Made by a program: the position numbers and the translations under genes. A stretch of DNA of 64,000 nucleotides from an uncultured Phycisphaerales bacterium (lineage in GTDB: Bacteria > Planctomycetota > Phycisphaerae > Tepidisphaerales > Tepidisphaeraceae): assembly GCA_963755915.1 (NCBI GenBank), contig CAVWLP010000002.1, positions 1,824,001 to 1,888,000 on the forward strand, written 5' to 3'. The notes under the pieces were generated by a model. The model was not told the DNA's origin and ran no database searches. It saw nothing but the letters and a program-made list of their open reading frames with translations. This document shows positions 30,457 through 41,356 of this stretch, piece after piece; position 1 is the first letter of the stretch, and each line of letters opens with the position of its first letter.

Positions 30457-32679
30457 ATGTCGATTGCTGAGGACGAGGCTGGGGTTGTGAACAGCGCGCT
30501 CCCGGCGGGAGCGGCAGCGCCGCGCGCATCCAAGGGGCGCGGCGAAGGGTGGATTGTTTTTGCTTTGACGGCCTTTTCGGCGGTGCTTTGTTTCAACCGG
30601 CTGAATCATCCGCCGATGCTGATCGATGAATCGCTGACCTACTGGCGGATTTGCGGGACGATGGGGGAGATGCTGGACACGCTGCGGCACGACGCGTTTA
30701 CGCCGCTGCATTATGAGCTGCTGAACTGGATTCGGAATGGGATGCCGCTGGGGTTTGGGATTCGGATCGTTCGCGGGGGGATTATTATGACCCCCGCGGT
30801 GATGCGATTTGTGCCGGCGCTGTCGGGGACGCTGATGACGCCGGTGATGTATTTCCTGGCGCGGCAGCTTTTCAACCGGCGGACGGCGGTCATCGCGGCG
30901 GCGTTTATCGCTTGTTCGGCTTATGGGCTGTTTTTTTCGCGCTATGCGAAGATGTACGCGTCGGCGTGGATGCTGGAGACGCTGAGCATCGCGTGCTTCG
31001 CGTGGTGGATGAACAGTGAAAAGCGGCTGGCGTGGCTGTGTTGGATCGCAACGGGGATCGCGGCGGGAGGGTTTCATGGGGTTACGTTTCTGGTGATTAT
31101 TCCGCTGCCGATTCTTTATTTTGTGTCGATGTTCCGGTTTGGCGGGTGGCGGGTGCCGATGTTGATTGGCGGGGTTGTTCTCATCGGGGTGGGGCCGGCG
31201 ATTTATTACGAGGTTTTCAATCAATGGATGCGGAATACCGGAGGGCTTGTGCCGGGGGTTGTGGGCAAGTCGAGCGCGGATGCGAACTGGGATGCGAGCG
31301 GGCTTGCGTGGCTGGATGCGATTGACAATTCGTTCGAGGCGCCGTTTCGGGCGCTCAATGCGTACCTGAGCGGATTTGAATGGAGTTCGCTGGACGATCT
31401 GGCGGAGCCGGCGCCGTTCGTGCAGAAGTTTGGGGCGGCGATGGTGGGGCTGGCGGTTGCGACGTATGGGCTGTTTATTTTTGGGGCGCTGCCGTGGCCG
31501 CATTTGCGAAATCCGGCCTTGAACGAGCGGACCGTGCAACCGTGGTGGAGGTCGGCGCTGTGGCTGATGATCTGGATTGTGATGCCGGTTTATGGATTTT
31601 TCTATTGCCGGTCGGTGCCGGATTTCTGCTCGCCGATGGTTTGGATTACCGCGGCTTGGGAGGTGGTGCGGCCGGTTTGGTGGGAGGCGGTGATCGGGGC
31701 GACGCTCATTGCGGCGGCGCTGAATTTTCTGCCCAAGGCGGGGAAATTTCTGGCGATTCCGGTGCTGCTGGTGGCGGTCGCGGCGGTGGTGCAGACGGGG
31801 CGGAACAAACTTGAATGGATGGATTATCTGAGCCGGCCGACGATTTTGGTGGATGTGCTGGCGATTCCGTCAGCGCTTATTTTTCATTTCAGCGGCTCAA
31901 AGCTTTCGCAGCGATGCGTGCAGCTTTTGCGATTTGTGGGGATCAACGTGATTGTGCTGGGGATGTGCGAGATCATGTTTTTCGCGTGGACGTGGATGCA
32001 GAAAATTTCGATGCGGAACAGCCCTGATCTTGCGTGGCAAACGGTGTGGCACATTCGGTATGTGGCGATCGTGTGGCCGGCGGTGTGGCTGGCGGCGGCG
32101 GCGCTGATCGCGCGGCTGCCGACGGCGGGGCTGCGGATCGCGGCGGTGGTGATGATCTGCTCGTTTAATCTCGTGAATGGGTTGGCGCGGCAGGTTGAAA
32201 CCACGGAGGTTCCGCTGGATCGGGTGATGGGGGATGTTTTCAGCTCGCAGCCGAATTCGGCGACGCGGACCTATTTTGACCTGGACCCGCTGTTGCACAG
32301 CACGTTTTTTGCGCCGATGGCGATGTATTACGCGAGCATCGCGGCGCGGCTGCAGCCGACGCCGGAGGAGTTTCGCGTGGATGAGTCCTGGCCGTTTGAA
32401 TACGGCGATGCGGCGCGGCAGTTTAAGAGCGAGTGTATTTACAATGATTCGATCTCGTCGGATCAGATTCGCGGAGATATCGCGGGCGATCGACGGATTT
32501 CGCGGGTGATCGTCTGGGAAGTCACCCAGTCGGGGGGCGACTGGCTGTTCGATCCGACGGACGGGTCGGGGCTGAATGGGCCGTGGAAGCTGGCGTCGGA
32601 TGAGCAGATTGATGTGTATTGGAATTGGGATTGGACCTCGCGGTGGTCGCTGCGGCGGCGGGAGTTTGACAGGCAGTAG
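30457..32679 (+). CDS. GT-C fold (GT39/ArnT-like) multi-pass membrane glycosyltransferase
   Basis: IDE motif after the first TM, PLHYELL and SRYAKMYA; more than 10 TM segments. Confidence 0.8.
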   Translation: MSIAEDEAGVVNSALPAGAAAPRASKGRGEGWIVFALTAFSAVLCFNRLNHPPMLIDESLTYWRICGTMGEMLDTLRHDAFTPLHYELLNWIRNGMPLGFGIRIVRGGIIMTPAVMRFVPALSGTLMTPVMYFLARQLFNRRTAVIAAAFIACSAYGLFFSRYAKMYASAWMLETLSIACFAWWMNSEKRLAWLCWIATGIAAGGFHGVTFLVIIPLPILYFVSMFRFGGWRVPMLIGGVVLIGVGPAIYYEVFNQWMRNTGGLVPGVVGKSSADANWDASGLAWLDAIDNSFEAPFRALNAYLSGFEWSSLDDLAEPAPFVQKFGAAMVGLAVATYGLFIFGALPWPHLRNPALNERTVQPWWRSALWLMIWIVMPVYGFFYCRSVPDFCSPMVWITAAWEVVRPVWWEAVIGATLIAAALNFLPKAGKFLAIPVLLVAVAAVVQTGRNKLEWMDYLSRPTILVDVLAIPSALIFHFSGSKLSQRCVQLLRFVGINVIVLGMCEIMFFAWTWMQKISMRNSPDLAWQTVWHIRYVAIVWPAVWLAAAALIARLPTAGLRIAAVVMICSFNLVNGLARQVETTEVPLDRVMGDVFSSQPNSATRTYFDLDPLLHSTFFAPMAMYYASIAARLQPTPEEFRVDESWPFEYGDAARQFKSECIYNDSISSDQIRGDIAGDRRISRVIVWEVTQSGGDWLFDPTDGSGLNGPWKLASDEQIDVYWNWDWTSRWSLRRREFDRQ

Positions 32680-32687
32680 GCGCGGCG

Positions 32688-32750
32688 CAAAATCCGAATT
32701 CCGAAACCAGAAATCCGAATCAAACCCCGAACGACCGAATCACGAAACCA
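32688..32750. repeat. Degenerate heptamer (AAATCCG-like) intergenic repeat
   Basis: AAATCCGAATTCCGAAACCAGAAATCCGAATC...; related tracts near 43437-43466. Confidence 0.55.
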
Positions 32751-32794
32751 TAACGGGAATTTTATTGGTCGATTGGAATTGCGATTTACGATTC

Positions 32795-34471
32795 TCAGCC
32801 GTTTCCGGGCGTCAAGATCCAAGTGGGTAGCCGGCGTTTCTCAGCGGTCAATTGTATTCCCAGTTGCGAGGCGATCTGGTCGAGAAGCATCTGGGTTTTC
32901 TGCTCGGCCTCGAGCGGTGAAAGGTTTCGGGTGCTGAGTTTGGGGGTGGTGAATTCCAGTCGGACATATTTGCACCCGGTCCACTCGTTGATAACGGGGC
33001 GATGCAGCGCCTCGCCGAGGCGGCGGAAATAGTAGTAGACATCGCCGGCCTGGCGGGTTCGGCCTTTGTCGGTATCGAGCGCAATCGAAATTAAATCGTT
33101 GGGCGCGTCGCCCTTGTGGTAAACGCCTTGAGCGACGACCACATCGCGATCGATCGTTGCCTGCACGGCGATGAAGGCCGCGGGGGTGCCCCGGCAAATC
33201 GCTTCAAATGCCGGGAGTTTCTGGTCCGGTGTGGCCCCTTTGCGGATGACCCAGTCGCCTGGAACCTTTAACGCGGCGAGCGCGTCGGGGATCATCGTCT
33301 GGTCAGGAGTGAGGCCGACGAGATTTACCATCAGGCTGTCCACCTGCCAGTAACGATCGTTGGACCGTGTCCAATGTTCGACGCGATGGGTCGAGGGATT
33401 CCACTGGAGGAAAAATGCCGCGACGGGTTTCTGATCTTCGACCTTCAGGTCGGCGATGGTTCCGTTGCCGTGGTTCGGATCGTCGACTTGGTCAAGGTCG
33501 TAAACGTCGTGAACAAAACCGTCGCGCTGGGGGATGTAGGGGGGAAGGATGTTGCGCAGGACCTCGCCGGGCCTGAGGGTGTAGATCGCGTCGAAGCCTT
33601 CGCGCCAGGCAGGCTGGGTGGAGGGGGGAGGAGTAGAAGGCTGATCGGCGGATTGTGGAGCGGCAGGAGCGGTGGCGGTGGGGCTGGAGACAGCAGATTT
33701 TCTGGTTGATGAAAGCAACACCACCGTTGCGGTGGCGGCGATGGCGAGAAAAAGGGCGATGATGGCGGCAAGTGCCTTGGCCTGAGCAAGAAGCATCAGG
33801 CGCGCGGCGCCGCGGGCGATGGCGCTGGCGGCGGGGCTTTGCGGCGCGGCGGCGACGGCCGAGCGCAGGTGGGCCGGGGCCGGGTTGATGGCGTTGGCCG
33901 TCAGGGCTTCGCTCAGTGCCGAACCCGTGCCGGCGCTGCCAGCGCCGAGCATGGCCCGCAATTTCTCGAGCGCGCGGTTCGATCGCTTGGTGGCGGCGGC
34001 GAGGGAGATGCCCATCTCGGCAGCGACCTGGGCGTGGCCTTTGCCGTGGAAGAATCGCAGGATGATGACTTTCCGCTCTGCGTCCGGCAGACGATTCACG
34101 GCTTCGTCAAGCGTCGCGGAAATCGTTTCCCAGTCGGCGGAGGTGGCGTCTGGTTTCATTTCGGCGGCCCTTCTTTCGTGGCGGAGTCGGTTGGCCTGGG
34201 TGCGCAGGGCGTTGGCGGCGCAGTAACGAGTGGCACGGTGAAGCCAGGCGGGGATGACGACGCCGGATCTCAGCGATCGCGCCTTGCGGGCGAGGATGAG
34301 GAATACGGCCTGGGTGACGTCTTCGGCGAGGTGCGGATCGCGGACCTGGCGGCGGGCGGCGGAATAGACGGCGTCGATGTTGCGGGCGACCAGGGCGGTG
34401 AAGGCGGAGTCGGAGCCGGCGACGTATTGGCGGAGAAGGTCGTGGTCCGAAATCCCGGTGTCCGTGGTCAT
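32795..34471 (-). CDS. ECF sigma-70 factor with TM and large C-terminal extension
   Basis: SDHDLLRQY, AEDVTQAVFLILARKA and region-4 HTH, then a TM and an extracytoplasmic domain. Confidence 0.9.
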   Translation of the reverse strand: MTTDTGISDHDLLRQYVAGSDSAFTALVARNIDAVYSAARRQVRDPHLAEDVTQAVFLILARKARSLRSGVVIPAWLHRATRYCAANALRTQANRLRHERRAAEMKPDATSADWETISATLDEAVNRLPDAERKVIILRFFHGKGHAQVAAEMGISLAAATKRSNRALEKLRAMLGAGSAGTGSALSEALTANAINPAPAHLRSAVAAAPQSPAASAIARGAARLMLLAQAKALAAIIALFLAIAATATVVLLSSTRKSAVSSPTATAPAAPQSADQPSTPPPSTQPAWREGFDAIYTLRPGEVLRNILPPYIPQRDGFVHDVYDLDQVDDPNHGNGTIADLKVEDQKPVAAFFLQWNPSTHRVEHWTRSNDRYWQVDSLMVNLVGLTPDQTMIPDALAALKVPGDWVIRKGATPDQKLPAFEAICRGTPAAFIAVQATIDRDVVVAQGVYHKGDAPNDLISIALDTDKGRTRQAGDVYYYFRRLGEALHRPVINEWTGCKYVRLEFTTPKLSTRNLSPLEAEQKTQMLLDQIASQLGIQLTAEKRRLPTWILTPGNG

Positions 34472-35616
34472 TCCATCAGAATATGTAACCTGACGGCGAA
34501 ATCAGACAACGGAACGTCGAAATCCAAAAGCTCAAATGATGTTGGAGGCCCGGCGCTGCGGCGCATTGTCAGGGCAACCGCACCGACGCCCAGCAGGCCC
34601 AGCGATGCCGGTTCCGGCAGGGCGTAGACGTAGAGGTCGGAGCCGTCGTAGAGGAAGAGGTAGTTGCCGTTGCCGCTAACGGTCATCCCATTGTTTGGGA
34701 CATCGTAGGGATAGAAGTCCGCTCCATCCGGATTGATCGTCCCGACCTGGGAATAGTTGGTGGTGTTTATTTCAAGGATTTCGTCGGAATTGAAAGAGGC
34801 GTCGTAGAGGATGGGGCGCGTCGGGTCATAGGCAATCCCCCCGCCAGCATCGGTGAGGGATTGGATGACGGAAAGAGTGGAAGCGTTGCGGGCGGCGAGG
34901 TTGACGTTGAATCCGCCCAATGTGATGACGGAATCGTTGGGGGAAATCGCGACGCGCAGCCCGTTGAGGGGCGTGTTAAATTGCGTCTGTATGAGATTGC
35001 TGTCGCTGGTCGCGGAGAAAACACCGACGCCACCTGAGGAAAGTTCCGTGTCATTTTCGAATAACGTGGTGTAGTCGTAACTGCGGGTAAGCTGGTACTG
35101 GGGGTCGACGGTCTGCACCTGGCCACCGACGGTGAAATCGCCGATTGCCCAGGTGGTGAGGTTGATGGAGCGCAGGTTGGAGGCATTGCCGGTGTAGTTG
35201 GAATAGGAGGAGAAGATCGCCTGGTTGTCACTGAGGGCGACGATCTGATCGGCGCCGGCGTCGAGGTTTTCGATGGGATAGGTGAGATCGGTGACCGCAT
35301 TGGTGCTGAGGTTCACGCGCTCGATGGTGCCCATCCCGTTGCTGACGGCCGTATCGGCCGCGAGGAGATATTGCCCGCCGGGTGTGATGTCGATCGACTG
35401 GATATCCGTGCCGACGTTGATGGGGGAAAGAAACGTATTTGTCGCCGGGTTGTAACGCTCGACAACGCCGGTGCTCAGCGAGATGTAAAGTATGTTATTG
35501 TTGTTGTCGTAAACCTGGCTCGTCCAGTCGGAAATCGCGACTTTGTTTGCAGCCAGCGCGGAAGAGGCAAAAGATGCGGCCGCAAAAATTGTGATGAGAT
35601 AGCGCATAGTCTCCAA
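34468..35616 (-). CDS. PEP-CTERM protein with YncE-like beta-propeller
   Basis: Signal peptide; SIDITPGGQYLL and AISPND blade repeats; LPEPASLGLLGVGAVALTMRR. Confidence 0.85.
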   Translation of the reverse strand: METMRYLITIFAAASFASSALAANKVAISDWTSQVYDNNNNILYISLSTGVVERYNPATNTFLSPINVGTDIQSIDITPGGQYLLAADTAVSNGMGTIERVNLSTNAVTDLTYPIENLDAGADQIVALSDNQAIFSSYSNYTGNASNLRSINLTTWAIGDFTVGGQVQTVDPQYQLTRSYDYTTLFENDTELSSGGVGVFSATSDSNLIQTQFNTPLNGLRVAISPNDSVITLGGFNVNLAARNASTLSVIQSLTDAGGGIAYDPTRPILYDASFNSDEILEINTTNYSQVGTINPDGADFYPYDVPNNGMTVSGNGNYLFLYDGSDLYVYALPEPASLGLLGVGAVALTMRRSAGPPTSFELLDFDVPLSDFAVRLHILME

Positions 35617-35741
35617 CCCTCTGTAAATTAGACCTTGATGCCGTTTCGTCGATTGCGAGCCGTCTGACGTGACAGGCCCGAGCCCTCTGGCCCCAAGCAG
35701 AATCTAATATAGCAGATTTGGCTTCAAATACCCAACGAAAT

Positions 35742-37673
35742 CTACATCTGATCCGGGTGCTCAATTCCCAGAAGATCAAGCCCAAGTTCCAAAGTCCGAG
35801 CGGTTAAATCACACAGGGAAAGGCGGCTGGCGCGGGTTGGGGGCTCGCTCTGAATCACCGGGCAATTTTCGAAGAAGCCGCTGAAGCGGGTTGCGAGTTC
35901 GTAGAGGTAGGTACAAAGGTGGTGGGGCTTGAGTTCGCGGCCGACGACTTCGATAACTTCGCCCAATCGCAAAATGTGTTTGCCGAGGGCGAGCTCGAAA
36001 GGGGATTCCAATCGAATTGCGCCGGGTTTTGCGTCGCCGGCCTTGCGGAAGATCGAGCGGACGCGGGCGTGGGCGTACTGGAGGTAGGGAGCGGTGTTGC
36101 CGTCGAGGGCGAGCATCTTGTCAAACGAAAAGACGTAATCGCTGACGCGGTCCTTGGAGAAGTCGCCGTACTTTACAGCGCCGATGCCGACGGCGTGGGC
36201 GATGGCGCGGCGGCGGGTTTCATCGAGATCCGGCTGTTTGTCGGTGACGACGCGAAGGGCGCGCTCCTCGGCTTCGTCGAGGAGTGCCTTGAGTTTCACG
36301 GTATCGCCGCTTCGCGTGCGGAAGGGGCGGCCATCATCGCCGAGGATAGTGCCGAAGGGGGCGTATTCGAGGGCGACGTCCTTTGCCCAGCCGATCTTTT
36401 GCGCCGTCCAGAAGACCTTTTTAAAATGTTCGTATTGCCGGCTGTCGTGGGTGTAAACGATCCGCTGGGCGTCCAGCGTCTTGATGCGATAGCGAATGGC
36501 GGCGAGGTCGGTGGTTCCGTAAAGGAATCCGCCATCGGATTTGCGGATGATCAGCGGGGCTGCGTAGCCGGGGACGGGGACGACGATTGCGCCTTCGGAT
36601 TCGACGGCGACGCCTGCGGACATGAGTTCATTGACGACACCGGGAAGGTCGTCCTGGTATGCGGATTCGCCGCGCACGTCGGAAGGCTTGAGTTTTACGT
36701 CAAGCTGGGCGTAGATGCGGCTGACCGTTTCAAGCGTCACATCACGGGCTTTTTGCCATGCGAGGCGCTCCTGCTGGTTGCGGGGGTCATTGGGGTTTTG
36801 GATAAACGTCGTGAGTCGCCGCGGGATTTCTGCCAAGGAATACCCCTCAATGATCTCCTTCTCTGCCGCTGGGTTCTCCGTCGCGGCGGAGACGAACTGA
36901 TACATTCGTTCAAGTATTAGAAGCTCAATCTCCCAATCTCTTAGCGCCGGCTCAAATATCTTTGTTCCGTCCGGATCAGCTGCAAGCATTTGACGGTGCA
37001 TATCCGCCAACTCGTGCACTATTTCTGCTTTGGCACCCTCGGTCTTGGCTTCTGTCATCCTGCGCATCAGGTCGTGCCGTTCAGTGGCTCGTCCCAATGG
37101 CTTGGCCATAGCGTGATACCAGATCGCCAGCACCACGCGGCCGAACTGTGTTCCCCAGTCGCCTATGTGGTTCTGGCGGGTGATGCGGTTCTTCTGAAAT
37201 TTCAGGACCCGGCTCATGGCATCGCCGATGATCGTGCTGCGCAGGTTTCCGACATGCATCTCCTTGGCGATGTTGGGGCCGGAGTAGTCGACGACGATGT
37301 TCTGAGGAATCGCGGCGGGTTCGATTCCGAGGCGGGGGTCGGGCAGGATTGCGTTCAGTTGTCCGGCCACCCAGGCGGGGGAAAGGCGGACGTTGATGAA
37401 GCCGGGGCCGGCGATTGTTACTTCGGAGGCCATTTCGCCCAGGTCGAGCTTTGCCTTGATCTGCTCGGCGACGGCGCGGGGGTTGCTCTTGGCGCCGGTT
37501 TTTTCCATGACGGGCTTGGCGAGGGTCATGGCGGCGTTGGACTGGTAGTCGCCGAACTTCTCGTTCTGGCTTACGCCGACCAGGGCATCGCATTCGAGGC
37601 CAAATGCATCGGCAACTCCTTTGCGGACAATTCCATCGAGTTGTGCCAAAACGGTCTTCATTCTGGGTTCCAT
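35742..37673 (-). CDS. argS: Arginine--tRNA ligase
   Basis: FGDYQSN, IAGPGFIN, VDYSGPNIAKEMHVGNLRS, GDWGTQFG, KSDGGFLYGTTDLA and GNTAPYLQYAHAR. Confidence 0.97.
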   Translation of the reverse strand: MEPRMKTVLAQLDGIVRKGVADAFGLECDALVGVSQNEKFGDYQSNAAMTLAKPVMEKTGAKSNPRAVAEQIKAKLDLGEMASEVTIAGPGFINVRLSPAWVAGQLNAILPDPRLGIEPAAIPQNIVVDYSGPNIAKEMHVGNLRSTIIGDAMSRVLKFQKNRITRQNHIGDWGTQFGRVVLAIWYHAMAKPLGRATERHDLMRRMTEAKTEGAKAEIVHELADMHRQMLAADPDGTKIFEPALRDWEIELLILERMYQFVSAATENPAAEKEIIEGYSLAEIPRRLTTFIQNPNDPRNQQERLAWQKARDVTLETVSRIYAQLDVKLKPSDVRGESAYQDDLPGVVNELMSAGVAVESEGAIVVPVPGYAAPLIIRKSDGGFLYGTTDLAAIRYRIKTLDAQRIVYTHDSRQYEHFKKVFWTAQKIGWAKDVALEYAPFGTILGDDGRPFRTRSGDTVKLKALLDEAEERALRVVTDKQPDLDETRRRAIAHAVGIGAVKYGDFSKDRVSDYVFSFDKMLALDGNTAPYLQYAHARVRSIFRKAGDAKPGAIRLESPFELALGKHILRLGEVIEVVGRELKPHHLCTYLYELATRFSGFFENCPVIQSEPPTRASRLSLCDLTARTLELGLDLLGIEHPDQM

Positions 37674-37999
37674 ATGCCCGGATTATGCGCCGGGGCTTCT
37701 TTTATCGGCCGAAACTATTCGGCTCGGCTTGTATGCTACATTGGAGAGATGCGCCGAGCCATGTTGGCCCGGAGCGGCTATGCAAAGATGGCGCTAATTG
37801 CCGATAACGCCAGTGCTAAGGAGTCGGGATTGGCTCCCTGGCTGTCGGAAATCCCTGTGGGAAAATAGGTTTGATTCTGAAGATTAACCAAGCTAATGTT
37901 TTTGGTTCGGGGCGCATGGATGCAACATAGGAGGCGGTCTCCGTCGTTGGGGATAGCCGTTTCAATGCGCGATAAGCCAATCTCGTCTAAGGTGAATCA

Positions 38000-40285
38000 A
38001 TGAAATTGAAGCTGAGCCGGGTACTGCTGGGCGTAGGGTGTGGTGTCTGCCTGACGCTCGGCATGTCGTGCAAAACGTCGCCCAGCGCGGTTGCGGCTGA
38101 TTCTCCTGATGCGGCGGGGCAAACGCCAACGGCGGTTGCACCGACGACACTGCCCTCGCTGGCGACGCCGTACGGGCTGGAGACGGCGGCCGTTCAGTCT
38201 GCTCGGGAGGGGGAATTTGATCAGACGAACAATTACCTGATGCGGGCGGTGAGCCTGAACCACGATTCTGAAGCCCAGCAGATGGAGAAGTGGGTCGCGG
38301 ATTTTGAGAGTCAGAGGCAGGTTTTCGACGGGCAGCGGCACGACCAGTTCGTCAAGACGGAGGCAGACGCGAAGCTCCTGCTTTCCAAGAAGATGGACAC
38401 CTTCGCGACCGACCAGATTTCGCAGGCATATCTGCTGGCGGACAACAAGGATACTTTCGTTCATGAGAAATGGGTCAGCGACCTGATTCAGGAATCGATT
38501 AACTCGGCGGATACGGATGAAGCCAACGGGCTGTGGCTCAAGGCCTGGAAGATGTACCAGGACCTGAGCGTTATCCAGCCGCTTAATCCTGAGTGGAAAA
38601 ATAAGCTGAAAGTCGTGGCGCTGCGCCTGCGGCTGCTGATGGTGTACGCGCCGGACCGGATGAAGAAACTTGAAGAGGCCGAGCGGAAGGAACGCGATGC
38701 GGCCGATGCGCTGCTGCTCGGTCCGACGACGCAGCCCGCGGTCACGGCGGCGGACGAGGGGGATGCCATTCCCACGGATTGGCATCAGGTGGTTAAGGGC
38801 GTGCAGTTTGAAATGCTCTACAGCTCGCTGGCGCTGGCGGCGCAGGAATATTACCGCGACGTGACCCTCCAGGGGCTGTTGGAAGGGGGGCTCAATGGGC
38901 TGGAAACGGTTGTGACGACCGACGGGCTGGATGAAGCGTTTCCGGGGCTGGACGATCGGGATGCGCAAGCGGTTTCTGGATGATCTGGAAGACTGGAAAG
39001 ACAAAGCGGCCGCGGTGAGCAATGACGATGCGGACCGGGTTGTGGCGGAGGCGCTGACGGATCTGCGGGACATGAACTCGCGGACGATCAAGCTGCCGGA
39101 AGAGGTGTTCGTCAGTGAATTTGCGGATGGGGCGTTTTCGAAGCTGGATATGTTTACCACGGTGATCTGGCCGTACGATGCGCCGGAGCTTGAGAAGACG
39201 ACCGAAGGGGAGTTTGGGGGCGTGGGAATTCAGATCAAGGGTGATGAGAGCACGGGGGACATTGTTGTTGTGCAGCCGCTGCCGGATACCCCGGCTTTTG
39301 CGCGGGCATTCGGCCGGGTGATGTGATTGCGAAGGTGGATGGCAAATCGACGATCGGGCTGACGCCGGACGGGGCGGTTAAGATTATTACGGGCGAGATT
39401 GGGACGCCGGTCACGCTTACCATGCGGTCGCTCAACGGCAACGTGAAGGATTACGTGCTGAAACGGGAGTTGATCAAGGTCGAAAGCGTGAAGGGATGGA
39501 CGCCCAAGGATGACGGCGACTGGAATTACATGCTCGATCCGGACCAGAAGATCGGGTACGTGCGGCTGACGGGATTCAGCAAGACAACCGGCGACGATCT
39601 GAGCCGGGCGCTGGATGAGCTTAAGTCGGAGCAGGCACGGGCGATTATTCTTGATCTGCGGGACAATCCTGGCGGGTTGCTGGATACGGCCCGCAAGGTC
39701 GTCAACGAATTCATCGATCATGGGGTGATCGTTTCCACCCATGCGGATCGGCCGACGAGCAATCCGCCGTCGGAGCTGGATGCAGATCCGCGGGACCTGG
39801 AGACGACGCTGCCGCTGATCGTGCTGGTGAACCAGTATTCGGCGAGCGCGAGCGAAATCGTGTCGGGTGCGTTGAAGGACTGGCATCGGGGGCTGATCGT
39901 GGGGCAGCGGACGTTTGGCAAGGGGAGCGTGCAGATGCTCTTCCCGCTGGACTCCAAGCGCGACGCGTACCTGAAGCTGACCACGAGCCACTATTATCTG
40001 CCCAGCGGGCGATGCATTCACCGCGAGGAGAACAGCACGACGTGGGGCGTCGATCCGGATGTGACGGTCGAGATGACGCCGCGGCAGAAATATGACCGCG
40101 ACAGCGCGCGGCTGGAACTGGACGTGCCGGACAAATGGGCGAACGTGGGCAACAAGCCGACGACGCGGCCGACGGCGCAGGATCTGCTGAAAGTGGATCC
40201 GCAGCTTTCGGCGGCGCTGCTGATCATGCGGCTGCAATTGGCGGCCAGCGAGACGCCGCTGGCGAATCAGTCGGCGATGAGATAA
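38000..40285 (+). CDS. Carboxy-terminal processing protease (S41, PDZ), probably a lipoprotein; frameshifts near 38965 and 39305
   Basis: [39 protein letters not shown] and TFGKGSVQ across three consecutive ORFs. Confidence 0.92.
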
Positions 40286-40329
40286 ATTGTGTGCAGCCGC
40301 CGGGCCTGCGGGGCGCGGGGCATCCTCGT

Positions 40330-41339
40330 ATGCGACGGCTGCACCAATACGCCGCTTTCACCCTTGTCGAGCTGCTCGTCGTTGTGGGCATCATCGCGAT
40401 TCTGATCGCGATTCTGCTGCCGGCGCTCAACGGCGCTCACCAGCAGGCGACGCGGATCAAATGCCTTTCGAACCTTCGGCAGATTTCGATCGCATTCATT
40501 GATTACAGTGCGGAAAACCTGGGGAGTGTCGTGCCATCTTTCAATCTGTCGGGGACGGCGGGGTCGGCCACGAATTATATTGCCACACCCGATTCCACGA
40601 TTATGGACGGCTGGCCGGCTATTCTGGATCGTGATGGTTTTTTGCCTCCGATGCATTGAGCACGTCGACGGCGTTCTATTGCCCGGAGACGGTTGATATC
40701 GACGGGATGGCCACCGGACAGACGGGAACGTATGCGGCGAATCCGCGCGGGTGGATTGAGTGGCCGATGGAGTTCGCGGGACCGACGGGCGGAGACAGCG
40801 ACCCGCAGATTCCGGTGGCGTGGCCGGCGCAGGCGTTCAATAAGATCATTCGGTGCAGTTACTGGGTCAATGCGTACAACCCGATCGGGGGTTCGATCTC
40901 TACGCCGCTTTCGCAAAACGATCTGTATTACACGGCCTGCATCGGTTTCGGGCCGGATCCGAACGGAGCTTATATCAAGATCCACAAAACGACCGGGATC
41001 AAACACTCGAGCTTCCTGATCGTCGTAGCGGATGGCCTGTACATGGGGCGGCAGTCCGTGGATCAGCTGAATATGAAAAATTCTCGTATCGGGTTCCGGC
41101 ATTCGGGGCCGAAGGGTTCCTACACGCTGGCGAATGTGGGCTTCGCCGACGGGCACGTGGAGTCGCTCAATTCAGCGGAATTTCCCTGTTCGTATGCGAA
41201 ATCATCGAGCTATGCTTCGAATCTTGGCACAACGACGCTGGCGCAGCAGGAGGCGCTCAACCTTGCTGGGCCGACAGTGTATGCGGATCCGGAATCGGCA
41301 CTGCAAATCTTTTCCAATGCCAACCCCGGGGCAAACTGA
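40330..41339 (+). CDS. Prepilin-type N-terminal cleavage / H-X9-DG (DUF1559-like) protein; frameshift near 40655
   Basis: [33 protein letters not shown] and FRH...[11 protein letters not shown]. Confidence 0.9.
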
Positions 41340-41356
41340 AACGCGAAAGAAACTGG

